NCBI GenBank assembly: GCA_040220235.1
Contig: JAVJTO010000075.1
Reading direction: 5' to 3' (one strand)
DNA from: Coleofasciculus sp. B1-GNL1-01
GTDB lineage: Bacteria; Cyanobacteriota; Cyanobacteriia; Cyanobacteriales; Coleofasciculaceae
Length of the DNA: 64,000 nucleotides
The notes below the pieces were generated by a model. The model did not search any database. It was not told where the DNA came from and saw only the letters and a program-made list of their open reading frames with translations. This document shows, piece by piece, positions 1 to 9,623 of this stretch; the stretch's first letter is position 1; the number at the start of each line of letters is the position of its first letter. A program made the translations under genes and the position numbers.

Positions 1-8
1 CGTCAGAC

Positions 9-128
9 GTAGGGTGGGTTAGGCGGTATTTAATTGAAGAAATAACCATTAAATTTGATATCCGCCGTAACCCACCAAAATGGAATAGATATGACGATTA
101 AATCGGGCGCACGTCGGTGCGCCCCTAC
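9..128. repeat. GTAG-type REP-like palindromes
   Basis: GTAGGGTGGGTTAGGCGG...CCGCCGTAACCCACC inverted repeat and GGGCGCACGTCGGTGCGCCCCTAC palindrome; a similar copy lies at about 29869-29891. Confidence 0.7.
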
Positions 129-196
129 GGTTTCTGGGCAAAATAATCTATCAGATTAGGTGTGCCACGCCACGACAAGGTGACGAACCGTGCTTG

Positions 197-3100
197 TTAA
201 TCCGTTGCCACCATATCCCACAGCGCATCAATCCCCCAGCCGATATAGTCTGAATCTTGGTGCTGCTCAATCCATTGCACGATAAGTGGCAGAATATCAG
301 GGTTATTTTTACCCAATTTACCCAAAGCATTGGCAGCCGATAAACGCACGTCAGAATCGTCATCATCTAAGCGCAAAAGTAGAGCGTTGACTACTGTTTT
401 TGTACCTTGCCCCAATTTGCCCAAGGCATTGGCAGCCGAGTAACGCACTTTGGAATCGTCATCATGTAAGCGCAAAAGCAGGGCATTGATTACTGTTTTT
501 GTACCCTGCCCCAAATTGCCCAAGGCAAAGGCAGCAAAGTCACGCACATCTAAATCATCATCATCTAAACCTGATAGCAATGTATTAACTACTTTTTCTT
601 TACTTTGCTCCTGCTTTATCAGACTCAAGCTATACGCCGCCCAGAAACGAACATGAATATCCTTATCATTTAAGCGCAAAATCAAAGCATTGACTACTTT
701 TTCTGAATCTTGCGCCAATTTACTCAAGGCAAAGGCTGCCGGGGAACGCATATCTAAATCGTCATCATTCAAGCACAAAAGTAGGGCATTGACTACTTTT
801 TCTGAACTCTGCCCCAACTCACCCAAGACATACGCTGCTGAAGGGCGAAAAAAAGACTCCTCATCTTCCAAGTGCAAAAGCAGGATATTGATTACCTGTT
901 CTCTACCCTGCCCCAACTCGCCCAAAGCATAGGCAGCCCCGAAACGCACATCGTAATTTTTATCATCTAAGCGCAAAAGCAAAGCATTGACTACTTCTTC
1001 CGAACCTTGCCCCAACTCAACTAAATCAAAGGCTGCCGATTTACGCACATCAGCATTCTCATCTTCTAAACGCAATAGCAAAATATCAATTACTGCTTCC
1101 TGTTCTCCCAACACCGCCCGATATTTCAACAATCGCCCTTTATCAATCATTTCCGCCCTTGCCTTCAAAAATTCCAGCGCTTGCTGCTCAAACTCCGTCT
1201 CATTCAAATGGCAAAAAATCTCGTAAACCTGCTGGCTAACTCTCCTGCCAACCCGCGCCTCATCACTCACCTCCAACTCCACCAATCCCGCAAAAATCTC
1301 CTCAACTAAACCCTTATCAGCCCCCTTCAACCCCTTAATATTTTCCGTTAACAACGTGCCAGCCCAGAATAAATCCCGATGCAGCCATAACTCATATTCA
1401 CTCTTATTCTGCAAAATCGCCCGAATCGCTTTCGCCGCCTTTTTCGGCTTTTGCTGGGCAATCAACAACAACAAAACCTCTCGCCAATGGGAATCATGCA
1501 GATGCTCTCGAATATGATCGAGAATAATATCAAAATCTCCCTCATTATCCGCTTGATAGTCAATCTCTTGAGCGCACAAATATTCCTGAAACGTCTTATG
1601 CACAAAGGCATAATAATCTTGCCCTTGTTCATTCAATAATCCCGTGCGTTCTCGGATAAAATTGACAAACCGCTCCGCCTCTTTCTTTGCCTCATAGCGT
1701 TGAATCTGTTTCAGCGTCTGAATCTCTCGACTCAACTGATCAATCAAATCATCCTTTTCAATTAGGGTTCCGCCCTCTTTATCCTCGCTACTTCCTTGGG
1801 TGTGAATCCAATATGCCAGGATTTCCATCAACCGCCGTAAATCATCCAACTCTAGATATTTTAATTCCGTCTGATTCGTCAGTTCTTTATTAGCATCCCA
1901 GGAGGTTAACAGTGTTTCCACTGCCTTATCATACAGCTTGTACCGTTCTTTCGGTAAATGAGCTTGATAGCGGTGAATTAGGGCAATAATCGTTAACATC
2001 AGCGGATTTCGTGCCAATAATTGAATCCGGGGATTATCGGACAATGCCGTTCTTAAACTCTGTTTACGCCGCTCGGCTTCTGCTTTATCGGGAACGCGGC
2101 TATCATACCAACGGTTAATAAATTCCTCAATCTGGTCATCATTAAAAGGTTGTAACTGATAGTGCGGAAATTCCTGGGTTTTAAAGAAATCTCGCTTATA
2201 TCCCGCCGGACGCGAGGTAATAATGGCGCGATTTTGGTTATATTGTCCCAGGAAATTTTCAATTCGCTGCACCACCTGATAACGTTTAGCATCTTCGGCA
2301 ACTTCATCCAAGCCATCTAATAAAATCAGCGCCCGCCCATCTTCTAACCAATAGTCAAAAAATCCCTCTGGCAAAGCTTTCACTGCCATCGTATCTTCAG
2401 CAAACTGCCGCGCATAATCGAGAATACTGATGTCCGGTTGTCGAGCCAAATCACGAATTTTAATTAAAATTGGCAGCCAATCTATAGTGGTATTTAACCC
2501 TAATGCGTTTTTATCACTATCTCTATTGTGTAATTCTCCTATCTCCCCCCTTTTTAAGGGGGGCTGGTGGGGATTGGAATGGTCAACCGCAGCGGAATCA
2601 GTCGAGACATTGTTTTGCTGTGCCAGCATCACGGCAAAATAACTCATTAACGTGGTTTTTCCCGAACCGGGCGCACCTAACAGCACAATTTTAGGACGAC
2701 TTTTCCTTTGAGGGATATTGTTTCCCGATCTGCAAGCATCTAATGGCACTAATTCGGAAAAAGCTAAAGTATTATGTTCGATTTCTCCACTTAACAACTG
2801 CTGTGCATTAAACCGTCTACCTGCACGGTTTTTTAACTCGCGGAGCAAATCCGGTTGATGATTCTCCAATGATCCATATCCTGAAAAATGCAAAATCTCC
2901 CATTTTTGCTGTTCTTCCACTACATCCGGCATAACAAAAATCTGGGCAAGATGTTCAGACTTTTCTATCTCTTGTCCGGCGACGGAAATCCCGGCAAACT
3001 TAACATCATCAAACCAATTGACCAATTGCTCACAATAATCAGCTTTCGCTACCTGAAACCTTAAATACTCCGTCGTTCGCTGAAAATAAGTGCGAACAAA

Positions 3101-3469
3101 TACCTCCATCCACGGCTGAACCAAAGACTCGTCAATCTGGTTCATCTTAGAATCTTGTTTTGCTGCTTTGGTAAAGGCAACGACTAAATAATCAACATCT
3201 GGCGTTCCTTGATTATTCAGGGGTTTCTGTAACTCCACTAATCCAGCCCCCTTAAAAAACTGTGCCAAAAATCGAGGGATAAAATCGGGGGGACAGCGAT
3301 AGAATAATCGTTTATGTTGTTCCTGTGCTGTTTTCGTCGCCGCGTTTAAGGCTTTGTCTAAATCTTGAGGATTAAGTTGACTACGAACTCCAGTGAGTAA
3401 CGTTTCCGCAATCTTTAGTGTGGCAAATTCGCCTAACCATCCACCAAGCATGATTGATACGGGTTCCAT
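197..3469 (-). CDS. NACHT-domain NTPase with C-terminal HEAT/PBS-lyase repeats (NLR-like STAND protein)
   Basis: 1090 aa; Walker A GAPGSGKTT, Walker B LILLDGLDE, IITSR sensor, NPLML, FVHKTFQEY winged helix, then about 9 33-aa repeats (LLLRLDD...VR.SAA.ALGKLGQ). Confidence 0.93.
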   Translation of the reverse strand: MEPVSIMLGGWLGEFATLKIAETLLTGVRSQLNPQDLDKALNAATKTAQEQHKRLFYRCPPDFIPRFLAQFFKGAGLVELQKPLNNQGTPDVDYLVVAFTKAAKQDSKMNQIDESLVQPWMEVFVRTYFQRTTEYLRFQVAKADYCEQLVNWFDDVKFAGISVAGQEIEKSEHLAQIFVMPDVVEEQQKWEILHFSGYGSLENHQPDLLRELKNRAGRRFNAQQLLSGEIEHNTLAFSELVPLDACRSGNNIPQRKSRPKIVLLGAPGSGKTTLMSYFAVMLAQQNNVSTDSAAVDHSNPHQPPLKRGEIGELHNRDSDKNALGLNTTIDWLPILIKIRDLARQPDISILDYARQFAEDTMAVKALPEGFFDYWLEDGRALILLDGLDEVAEDAKRYQVVQRIENFLGQYNQNRAIITSRPAGYKRDFFKTQEFPHYQLQPFNDDQIEEFINRWYDSRVPDKAEAERRKQSLRTALSDNPRIQLLARNPLMLTIIALIHRYQAHLPKERYKLYDKAVETLLTSWDANKELTNQTELKYLELDDLRRLMEILAYWIHTQGSSEDKEGGTLIEKDDLIDQLSREIQTLKQIQRYEAKKEAERFVNFIRERTGLLNEQGQDYYAFVHKTFQEYLCAQEIDYQADNEGDFDIILDHIREHLHDSHWREVLLLLIAQQKPKKAAKAIRAILQNKSEYELWLHRDLFWAGTLLTENIKGLKGADKGLVEEIFAGLVELEVSDEARVGRRVSQQVYEIFCHLNETEFEQQALEFLKARAEMIDKGRLLKYRAVLGEQEAVIDILLLRLEDENADVRKSAAFDLVELGQGSEEVVNALLLRLDDKNYDVRFGAAYALGELGQGREQVINILLLHLEDEESFFRPSAAYVLGELGQSSEKVVNALLLCLNDDDLDMRSPAAFALSKLAQDSEKVVNALILRLNDKDIHVRFWAAYSLSLIKQEQSKEKVVNTLLSGLDDDDLDVRDFAAFALGNLGQGTKTVINALLLRLHDDDSKVRYSAANALGKLGQGTKTVVNALLLRLDDDDSDVRLSAANALGKLGKNNPDILPLIVQWIEQHQDSDYIGWGIDALWDMVATD

Positions 3470-3669
3470 ATCTGACTGATTTGAGCAACCACCTTTGTTA
3501 TTATGGCTTACTTGATTCAGGAGCAGATAGCAAACAGAACGGGGAATGGAATGGTATCATTGGTGATAAGTTAAGGCTGTGTGCCAATAGAGCCAAGCCT
3601 AAAGGGTGTGCCACGCCACTACAGTTTGGCGACAATTTGGCGGTGGCGTTTCCAGATATTTGGCAGAAT

Positions 3670-3912
3670 TCAATCTGAATTCAAGCGTTTGTTAATCTGG
3701 TTCATCAGTCCAGTAAACAGCGCACCTGCCATTAAAAGACCGATCGCGGGCGTAAAGACAGGATTCCACAAGCTATACCACACGTCTAATCCCAGTGAAA
3801 CACCCACCGATCGCCCCAACAGTGCGATCGCGAACCAGAAGAAGCTGAATAAAACCAGGAAGAAATCAGCGACTAATAACTGATTTAGCCAATAGATAAG
3901 TTTGTCTTTCAT
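3670..3912 (-). CDS. small conserved cyanobacterial membrane protein
   Basis: 80 aa, two hydrophobic segments, W..LW.PVF.PAIG motif; divergent from lipB. Confidence 0.75.
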   Translation of the reverse strand: MKDKLIYWLNQLLVADFFLVLFSFFWFAIALLGRSVGVSLGLDVWYSLWNPVFTPAIGLLMAGALFTGLMNQINKRLNSD

Positions 3913-3946
3913 AATAGATAAGTTATCTTCAGTAAATAGGACGTGA

Positions 3947-4594
3947 ATGGCACAACGTCAATGCTTACTATACAATCAAGGACTTATACCATATACCGTC
4001 GCCTGGGAACAACAGCGATCGCTCCTGTCACAACGGATTAACGATCCCACCCTTGATGATGTTCTCTTATTAATGGAACATCCACCCGTCTATACTTTAG
4101 GTCAAGGTGCTTCTTTAGACTTCCTCAAATTCAACCCCGCAGAAGCGGACTGGGAGGTTCACCGTATAGAACGGGGAGGTGAAGTCACTTACCATTGTCC
4201 CGGTCAACTCGTCGGCTATCCCATTCTCAATCTACGATATTATCAGCAAGATTTACACTGGTATCTGCGACAGTTAGAAGCCGTCTTAATTGAGGTATTG
4301 GCGGTTTATGGACTCAAAGGCGATCGCGAAACTGGGATGACTGGTGTTTGGCTTGAGGGACGCAAGGTTGCCGCCATTGGCATTAAAGTCAGTCGTTGGA
4401 TTACCATGCACGGCTTTGCCCTAAATGTTTGCCCGGACTTAAGCGGGTTTGGGCGCATCGTTCCCTGTGGAATTGCCGATAAACCCGTGGGGAGTCTTGC
4501 CCAGTTTATTCCGAATATTACCGTAGACCAAGTTCGCCCCGTAGTAATTGCTAAATTTGCCGAGGTATTTAGGGCTTGCTACCTAAGTGTGTAA
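3947..4594 (+). CDS. lipB: lipoyl(octanoyl) transferase
   Basis: [45 protein letters not shown] motifs. Confidence 0.97.
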   Translation: MAQRQCLLYNQGLIPYTVAWEQQRSLLSQRINDPTLDDVLLLMEHPPVYTLGQGASLDFLKFNPAEADWEVHRIERGGEVTYHCPGQLVGYPILNLRYYQQDLHWYLRQLEAVLIEVLAVYGLKGDRETGMTGVWLEGRKVAAIGIKVSRWITMHGFALNVCPDLSGFGRIVPCGIADKPVGSLAQFIPNITVDQVRPVVIAKFAEVFRACYLSV

Positions 4595-4705
4595 GGTAGA
4601 CTAGATAGGGGTTTCAAGCCATTTTTTGACCCAACAAGTGCAAGGTTTTTACACTACCATTCTCTTGCATCCTGGAATTTTTGCCGACCTCAGCGCCGAA
4701 TTTTC

Positions 4706-4791
4706 CCTCGACAGAGGGTTGAAACCATTGCCCATTGCCCATTGCCTATTGCCTCTCCCCACCACAAGACTTATTCAGCAGACCCTATTTA
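4706..4791 (-). repeat. dispersed repeat (TAGGGTCTGCTGAATAA family) with internal heptamer tract; second copy at 10014-10085
   Basis: its reverse complement aligns with 10014-10085, differing mainly in the number of GGCAATA/GGCAATG heptamers. Confidence 0.75.
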
Positions 4792-4820
4792 ATGTCAGTT
4801 ATAGCTACTCAGAGCGATAT

Positions 4821-5825
4821 TTAGGTCAAGTTTTCCGAACAGCGAGTCGCTAAGAACTTATTCAGATCAGCATAGGTTCCCGCATAAGTGGTGGTTGGCT
4901 TCTCATACCCTTTCAGGCTAACAATATGTTGTTTAAAACCCAGATTGTTGTATCCTAGCTGTTCCAGATAGCTATAGGTATCTTCTCCCAAAGCAATATC
5001 CAGACCAATTTGTTTCGTCGCCGACTCCAGACGAAACGCTGCATTCACTGTATCGCCAATTGCTGTATAATCCGGGCGATCTCCACTGCCCGTATTTCCC
5101 ACCATCGCATAACCCGTATTTACTCCCGTGCCAATGCGTAGCGGGAAAGGGAGGGGGTATTGACTGGAAAGGGATGCCGTCATCCGGTGCAAATCGCTAA
5201 CTGCTTGCAACACATTCATGGCTTCGTCTTTACTCACCCCTTTATGCCCATGAAACCAAATTGCCATCACCGCATCGCCAATATATTTATCCACCCAACT
5301 TCCCGATTTGCGGATAATATTTCCCGATTGGCGAAACCAAGTGCCAATCACAGCCGAGAGAATCTTTTCATCCAGTTGGCGAGTTAGAACCGTAAAGTCA
5401 CGGATATCAACCACCATCACCGACATGAGGCGGCGCACATGTAACGTAGAGGTTAGAGTTTCACTACTTGCAGGTTGGCTATAGTCGCGATCGCGGTTAC
5501 GGGTATCGGATGGCGAATGAAATTCCAGTTCAGTCTGACCAAACATCAGCTGATCGCCATTTCGTAATGTCACCGGAATACTCACTCGGCGTCCATTCAC
5601 GAAAGAACCATTGCGACTTCCCAAATCGATTAGATAGAAATCACCAGTTTCAGTACACTGTAACATCGCGTGATTTCGGGAAATCCAGCGATCTGAGAGG
5701 ACAAAATTGTTATCATCTCCGCGACCAACTGTCCAGCAGTTACTACCCACCAGGGGGAGGTAGCGGTTACCTGTCTCAGTCGGTAGAAGTAAATAGGGAG
5801 TGGATCGTAGAGTCACCACAGGCAC
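4821..5825 (-). CDS. FHA-domain class III adenylate/guanylate cyclase (Cya1/CyaD-like)
   Basis: FHA motifs (VGR, ISRNHA, DLGSRNGSFVNG) plus cyclase motifs (VVDIRDFT, DKYIGDAVM, YTAIGDTVNAAFRLE). Confidence 0.93.
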   Translation of the reverse strand: MPVVTLRSTPYLLLPTETGNRYLPLVGSNCWTVGRGDDNNFVLSDRWISRNHAMLQCTETGDFYLIDLGSRNGSFVNGRRVSIPVTLRNGDQLMFGQTELEFHSPSDTRNRDRDYSQPASSETLTSTLHVRRLMSVMVVDIRDFTVLTRQLDEKILSAVIGTWFRQSGNIIRKSGSWVDKYIGDAVMAIWFHGHKGVSKDEAMNVLQAVSDLHRMTASLSSQYPLPFPLRIGTGVNTGYAMVGNTGSGDRPDYTAIGDTVNAAFRLESATKQIGLDIALGEDTYSYLEQLGYNNLGFKQHIVSLKGYEKPTTTYAGTYADLNKFLATRCSENLT

Positions 5826-5971
5826 AGAAGCAACGACGGGTTAAAAAATAAACAGAGGATTAAGTCTATATCCTAGTAGATGCATTCTGAAGCCAAACGA
5901 GTGATTCCGGAAACTTCACTGTCCTTATGGTTTGATGTCAATATTTGTTTACTGTAGACATTCATGAGCTT

Positions 5972-6727
5972 TTATTGCAGTGTAGCTGCTAGCCAAAATA
6001 GGCTATCTACCAAAATTGTACTCAATACTGCCCCACTAAATGCCCACCACGGCAATCGCCCTCGGGTCAATGCCCCACATCCTACTAATCCTAGTGTACA
6101 TCCTAAAACCGCTGCCCAGCTAATTCCCCAAGGGGTTTGTACTTGTGCGATCGCCTCTTGCAAGATCGGGGTAATCAAGGCTGGATCAACGTCCATGATT
6201 TGACGCCAGTAGGGAATCAAATCCGTTAAATAAAAATATACATCGGTGAGAGCTGTCCCGAACAGAGAACCCAGGTAAAACAAATTACCTACAGCGCCTC
6301 TCCCCCGCCATAACCCCCAAAGGGCAAACGGTAGACCAATGGCTTCGATGGGTAAATGTAACAGAGGTTCAGCCCGCAGCCAGCCCCAATAGATTGAACC
6401 AGCTAGCCAGCACCAACTAAAACCTAGTAACAAATCTCCCCATACTCGCATCCCTGGACGCGCCAGTAGCTTAAATCCCAGCCATATCCATCCTAAGGTC
6501 AACAGTAAACTCAACCAGGGAAGTTGCCGGACTAATGGCGCTTGCACAAACACAGGGACAGACACCAGAAATGAGGCAGCCGCAAACAGCCACCAGCCTT
6601 GAACTCTAGCTTTTGAGCCTATACCTAGACCATTTAGGGGGCTACGGATTGGCATCAAAAGCCAAACCTCTTCTGATGGATTGGAGTAGTTGGAGGATGT
6701 ATTAGAAAACATACTATTGCGAAACAC
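5972..6727 (-). CDS. DUF3120-like cyanobacterial membrane protein
   Basis: FLVSVPVFVQAPLVR, WLAGSIYWGWLR.EP.LHLPIEAIGLP, FYLGSLFGTA.TD motifs; start uncertain. Confidence 0.85.
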   Translation of the reverse strand: MFRNSMFSNTSSNYSNPSEEVWLLMPIRSPLNGLGIGSKARVQGWWLFAAASFLVSVPVFVQAPLVRQLPWLSLLLTLGWIWLGFKLLARPGMRVWGDLLLGFSWCWLAGSIYWGWLRAEPLLHLPIEAIGLPFALWGLWRGRGAVGNLFYLGSLFGTALTDVYFYLTDLIPYWRQIMDVDPALITPILQEAIAQVQTPWGISWAAVLGCTLGLVGCGALTRGRLPWWAFSGAVLSTILVDSLFWLAATLQ

Positions 6728-6743
6728 GATTTCTTTAATTTTC

Positions 6744-6761
6744 TTTACTTATGTTTACATA
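6744..6761. promoter_or_regulatory. HLR1-like direct repeat (candidate RpaB site)
   Basis: TTTACTTA-TG-TTTACATA matches (G/T)TTACA(T/A)(T/A)-N2-(G/T)TTACA(T/A)(T/A) with one mismatch, just upstream of the DUF3120 gene. Confidence 0.55.
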
Positions 6762-6894
6762 TCTCAATATATCATGAGCATTATCCCCCCTAGGGGGATA
6801 TACATCCTATTATAGGGTACGGCTAGCACCTCCAGAAAGTTTGCGATCGCGATCAAGCTATGCCAGAATTCCGATTAAAGCGGGTGACTGGTAA

Positions 6895-7008
6895 TAAGTA
6901 ATTAGGGATTGGGAATTTTAACAAGCAAGCCTCAGCTCCTGACTGTTCCCTGTTCTCTTGTCCTCATGCTCAACTTGAATTATGTCCGACTACTTATCCG
7001 ACTACTTA
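6895..7008. repeat. TAAGTA...TACTTA-ended MITE-like element with a tandemly duplicated 12-bp end
   Basis: TCCGACTACTTA twice (6985-6996, 6997-7008); the end resembles those at 8127, 40135 and 54220. Confidence 0.5.
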
Positions 7009-7009
7009 C

Positions 7010-7981
7010 ATGATCAAATTGCAGTGGCGGTGGTTCAAATTTTTCAGGATTAGCCTTCTGAGTGCCTTACTCACCATACCGTTGAAGAGTTTTGCCACCA
7101 GCTTATCCACAGACGTCGCCGTACCCACAACCCAATCCACCTCCCAGATGAACATAGTTCAGGCATTGATCCTGGGAATGGTGCAGGGGTTAACGGAGTT
7201 TATCCCGATTAGCAGTACAGCGCATTTAAAAATAGTGCCGGTGGTATTAGGCTGGGGTGATCCGGGGGTAGCTTTTACAGCAATCATTCAACTGGGAAGT
7301 ATTGCCGCCGTGCTGTGGTATTTTTGGTCAGACTTATGGCAAATTTCCACAGGTACAATTCAAGCGATTCAGAGGAAGGATTACCAAGCCAACGATTTTC
7401 GCATGGCGGTGGGTATCGGCTTGGGGACGTTACCGATTGTCTTCTGTGGCTTGTTAATTAAGATATTTATTCCCGATTTTGATAATTCGCCCCTACGGAG
7501 TACCGTTGCGATCGCTTGTGCTTCGATTTTTATGGGGCTGCTGTTGGGCGTTGCCGAAAAGATCGGTACGAGAGAGCGCAATTTCGATAAGTTGGGGATG
7601 CAGGATGGCATCTTGATGGGATTTGCTCAAGCCTTGGCACTCGTTCCTGGCGTATCGCGATCGGGTTCAACGATTACAGCGGGCTTGTTTATGAGATTGG
7701 AAAGAGGAACAGCCGCCCGCTTTTCCTTTTTGCTGGGTATCCCCGCGATTACCCTAGCCGGGTTAGTCGAGTTAAAGGATTTATTAGAATCTGGAGTCGG
7801 GGAGGGGGGATTCATGCCTCTCACCGTGGGCGTGATATCATCAGCCGTATTTTCTTATGCTGCGATCGCGTGGCTGATTCGTTACCTACAAACTCAGAAC
7901 ACTTGGATCTTTGTCTGGTATCGCGTCGCCTTTGGTGTGGCAATTTTAGCCGCGATTATCGCCGGGGTAATGCCTTCCTGA
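7010..7981 (+). CDS. uppP: undecaprenyl-diphosphate phosphatase
   Basis: GMVQGLTEFIPISSTAHL, ALVPGVSRSGSTI, ARFSFLL motifs; N-terminal extension, start may be downstream. Confidence 0.96.
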   Translation: MIKLQWRWFKFFRISLLSALLTIPLKSFATSLSTDVAVPTTQSTSQMNIVQALILGMVQGLTEFIPISSTAHLKIVPVVLGWGDPGVAFTAIIQLGSIAAVLWYFWSDLWQISTGTIQAIQRKDYQANDFRMAVGIGLGTLPIVFCGLLIKIFIPDFDNSPLRSTVAIACASIFMGLLLGVAEKIGTRERNFDKLGMQDGILMGFAQALALVPGVSRSGSTITAGLFMRLERGTAARFSFLLGIPAITLAGLVELKDLLESGVGEGGFMPLTVGVISSAVFSYAAIAWLIRYLQTQNTWIFVWYRVAFGVAILAAIIAGVMPS

Positions 7982-8127
7982 GGGGAGATGGGGGAGATGG
8001 GGGAGCTGGGGAAGCTGGGGGAGCTGGGGAAGAAAATTTACAAATGACAAATGACGAATGACGAATGACGAATGACAAATGACAAAAGACGATCCTCACC
8101 GTTAACTTGAAATTCCCCCCCTACTTA
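7981..8127. repeat. STRR tracts (GGGGAGATG/GGGGAGCTG nonamers, AAATGAC heptamers) plus a MITE-like end
   Basis: tandem 9-mers at 7982-8031, 7-mers at 8041-8090, ending ...CCTACTTA. Confidence 0.85.
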
Positions 8128-8841
8128 CTCAAGCTGTTCATTAGCTTCTGGTAGTGAGTTGCCTGCTTCATTCGTGCGTTGGGCAAATCCCCACAGGAAG
8201 ATCAAGCCAATAATGGTAATCATTAACCATTCGGGCGGCACGAATTCGGGATTAATCGCCCGAACCAAAAGTCGCAATCCAACTAGACCAACTGTAATGT
8301 AACCCGCATCCTCCAGGTTGACATACTCCTGTAGCCAGCGGATGAATAATCCTGCCATAAATCGTAGAGTAATCACACCGATAGTGCCACCTGCCAGAAC
8401 CAGCCAGATTTGGTCAGAAATTGCGATCGCGGTGGTGACACTATCTAAGGAAAATGCTAGATCAGTAATGGCGATCAGAGGAATCACTTGTAACAGCGAT
8501 GTAAATCGGGGTCCATGATGGTGATGTTGTTCATCTTCCTCTGAGGTGAAATGCTCGAAGACTAACCAAAGCAAATAAGCAGCACCGAGGAGTTCAAATT
8601 GCCAAAACTTGACCACCCACGTTGCCGTCAGAATCAGACTAATCCGCAGAATGTAAGCCACCACCAAGCCAAAGTTCAGCGCCTGTCGCTGAAGTTGCTT
8701 GTCTTCTAACCCTTGAGCAATTGTTGCCAGCGCGATCGCGTTATCGGCTGACAGCACGGCTTCGAGGGCAACCAAAATCAGCAGGACTAAGGGGGCTTCT
8801 ATTCCTAGATTGAACGGTAACTTAAAAACTTGATCCAGCAT
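8125..8841 (-). CDS. TerC-family membrane protein
   Basis: LEAVLSADNAIALA, DLAFSLDSVTTA motifs; ATG at 8841 (MLDQ) preferred over 8901. Confidence 0.92.
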   Translation of the reverse strand: MLDQVFKLPFNLGIEAPLVLLILVALEAVLSADNAIALATIAQGLEDKQLQRQALNFGLVVAYILRISLILTATWVVKFWQFELLGAAYLLWLVFEHFTSEEDEQHHHHGPRFTSLLQVIPLIAITDLAFSLDSVTTAIAISDQIWLVLAGGTIGVITLRFMAGLFIRWLQEYVNLEDAGYITVGLVGLRLLVRAINPEFVPPEWLMITIIGLIFLWGFAQRTNEAGNSLPEANEQLE

Positions 8842-9016
8842 TAATGAAATAAATAATGATTTCGAGTATTGACGAGGATGTAAGCTGCACTTGCTCGGCA
8901 ACTATGAGTCCTTCTGTTAACTAATCTTAACGTGTTGCCCGAAATTTCTGCCGAAAACGGAGCAATAGCCAGTAGACTAAAGGTCATATTGATGTTTAAT
9001 TAGGAGCTTGTAAACC

Positions 9017-9112
9017 ATGTCCCTTTCAGATACCCAAATTTTCGTCGCTCTCGTCGTAGCGCTCATTCCCGGTATCTTAGCCTTCCGTCTAGCTACGGAA
9101 CTCTATAAGTAG
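9017..9112 (+). CDS. psaM: photosystem I reaction centre subunit XII
   Basis: translated by hand: [31 protein letters not shown], with AGGAG upstream; absent from the ORF track. Confidence 0.97.
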   Translation: MSLSDTQIFVALVVALIPGILAFRLATELYK

Positions 9113-9145
9113 TTCTCATTCTCAATCGGGCTGGGAACTGGCGAG

Positions 9146-9205
9146 GATGAGGGGTGTGATGTCAACCCTTGTCTTGTGGATACGGTTTGAGTTGCACCCC
9201 TCATC
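9146..9205 (+). terminator. long stem-loop downstream of psaM
   Basis: GATGAGGGGTG (9146-9156) / CACCCCTCATC (9195-9205) perfect 11-bp stem, extendable inward; no U-tract. Confidence 0.45.
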
Positions 9206-9623
9206 TCATAATTCCGGATAATGGCAGCAAAATGCTGTAAGGTATCTGACTATCCTCAGCAGAGTATTGCCTGCGGAAAACTCTTCGTCTATGATCTGAA
9301 CTTTAGACGACCAGCTCGGTCGTGTCAGTCTTTGGACTGGTGAGTGCCGACACTGCCATGATGAAGCCGGACGAAAATGTTAGCGATTGTTATCATTTTG
9401 GCAACGGACATACGTTCCATCAGCCCCTAGGCGTACAGTTTAAAAGCACGAGTCTGTAACGATCCAGACGAGAGGCGAACGCTGGCGCGTCAAACGTCGT
9501 TAGTCAATAAGGCGGTAGGGGTCTTACCAACTTTTTTACAAGGAAAGCGATACTTTTTGCCGAGCTTTCCTCTGCCGCTAAATCAAAGACGATAACGGGA
9601 GTCTCCAGCGAGTTTTTATTGAG

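Noticed and set aside
450..1226. repetitive plus-strand ORFs
   Set aside because: antisense shadows of the HEAT repeats
4600..4730. sequence loosely resembling cyanobacterial CRISPR leaders (TTTTGCCGACCTCAGCG, GTTGAAAC)
   Set aside because: no repeat-spacer array and no cas genes; part of it belongs to a dispersed repeat
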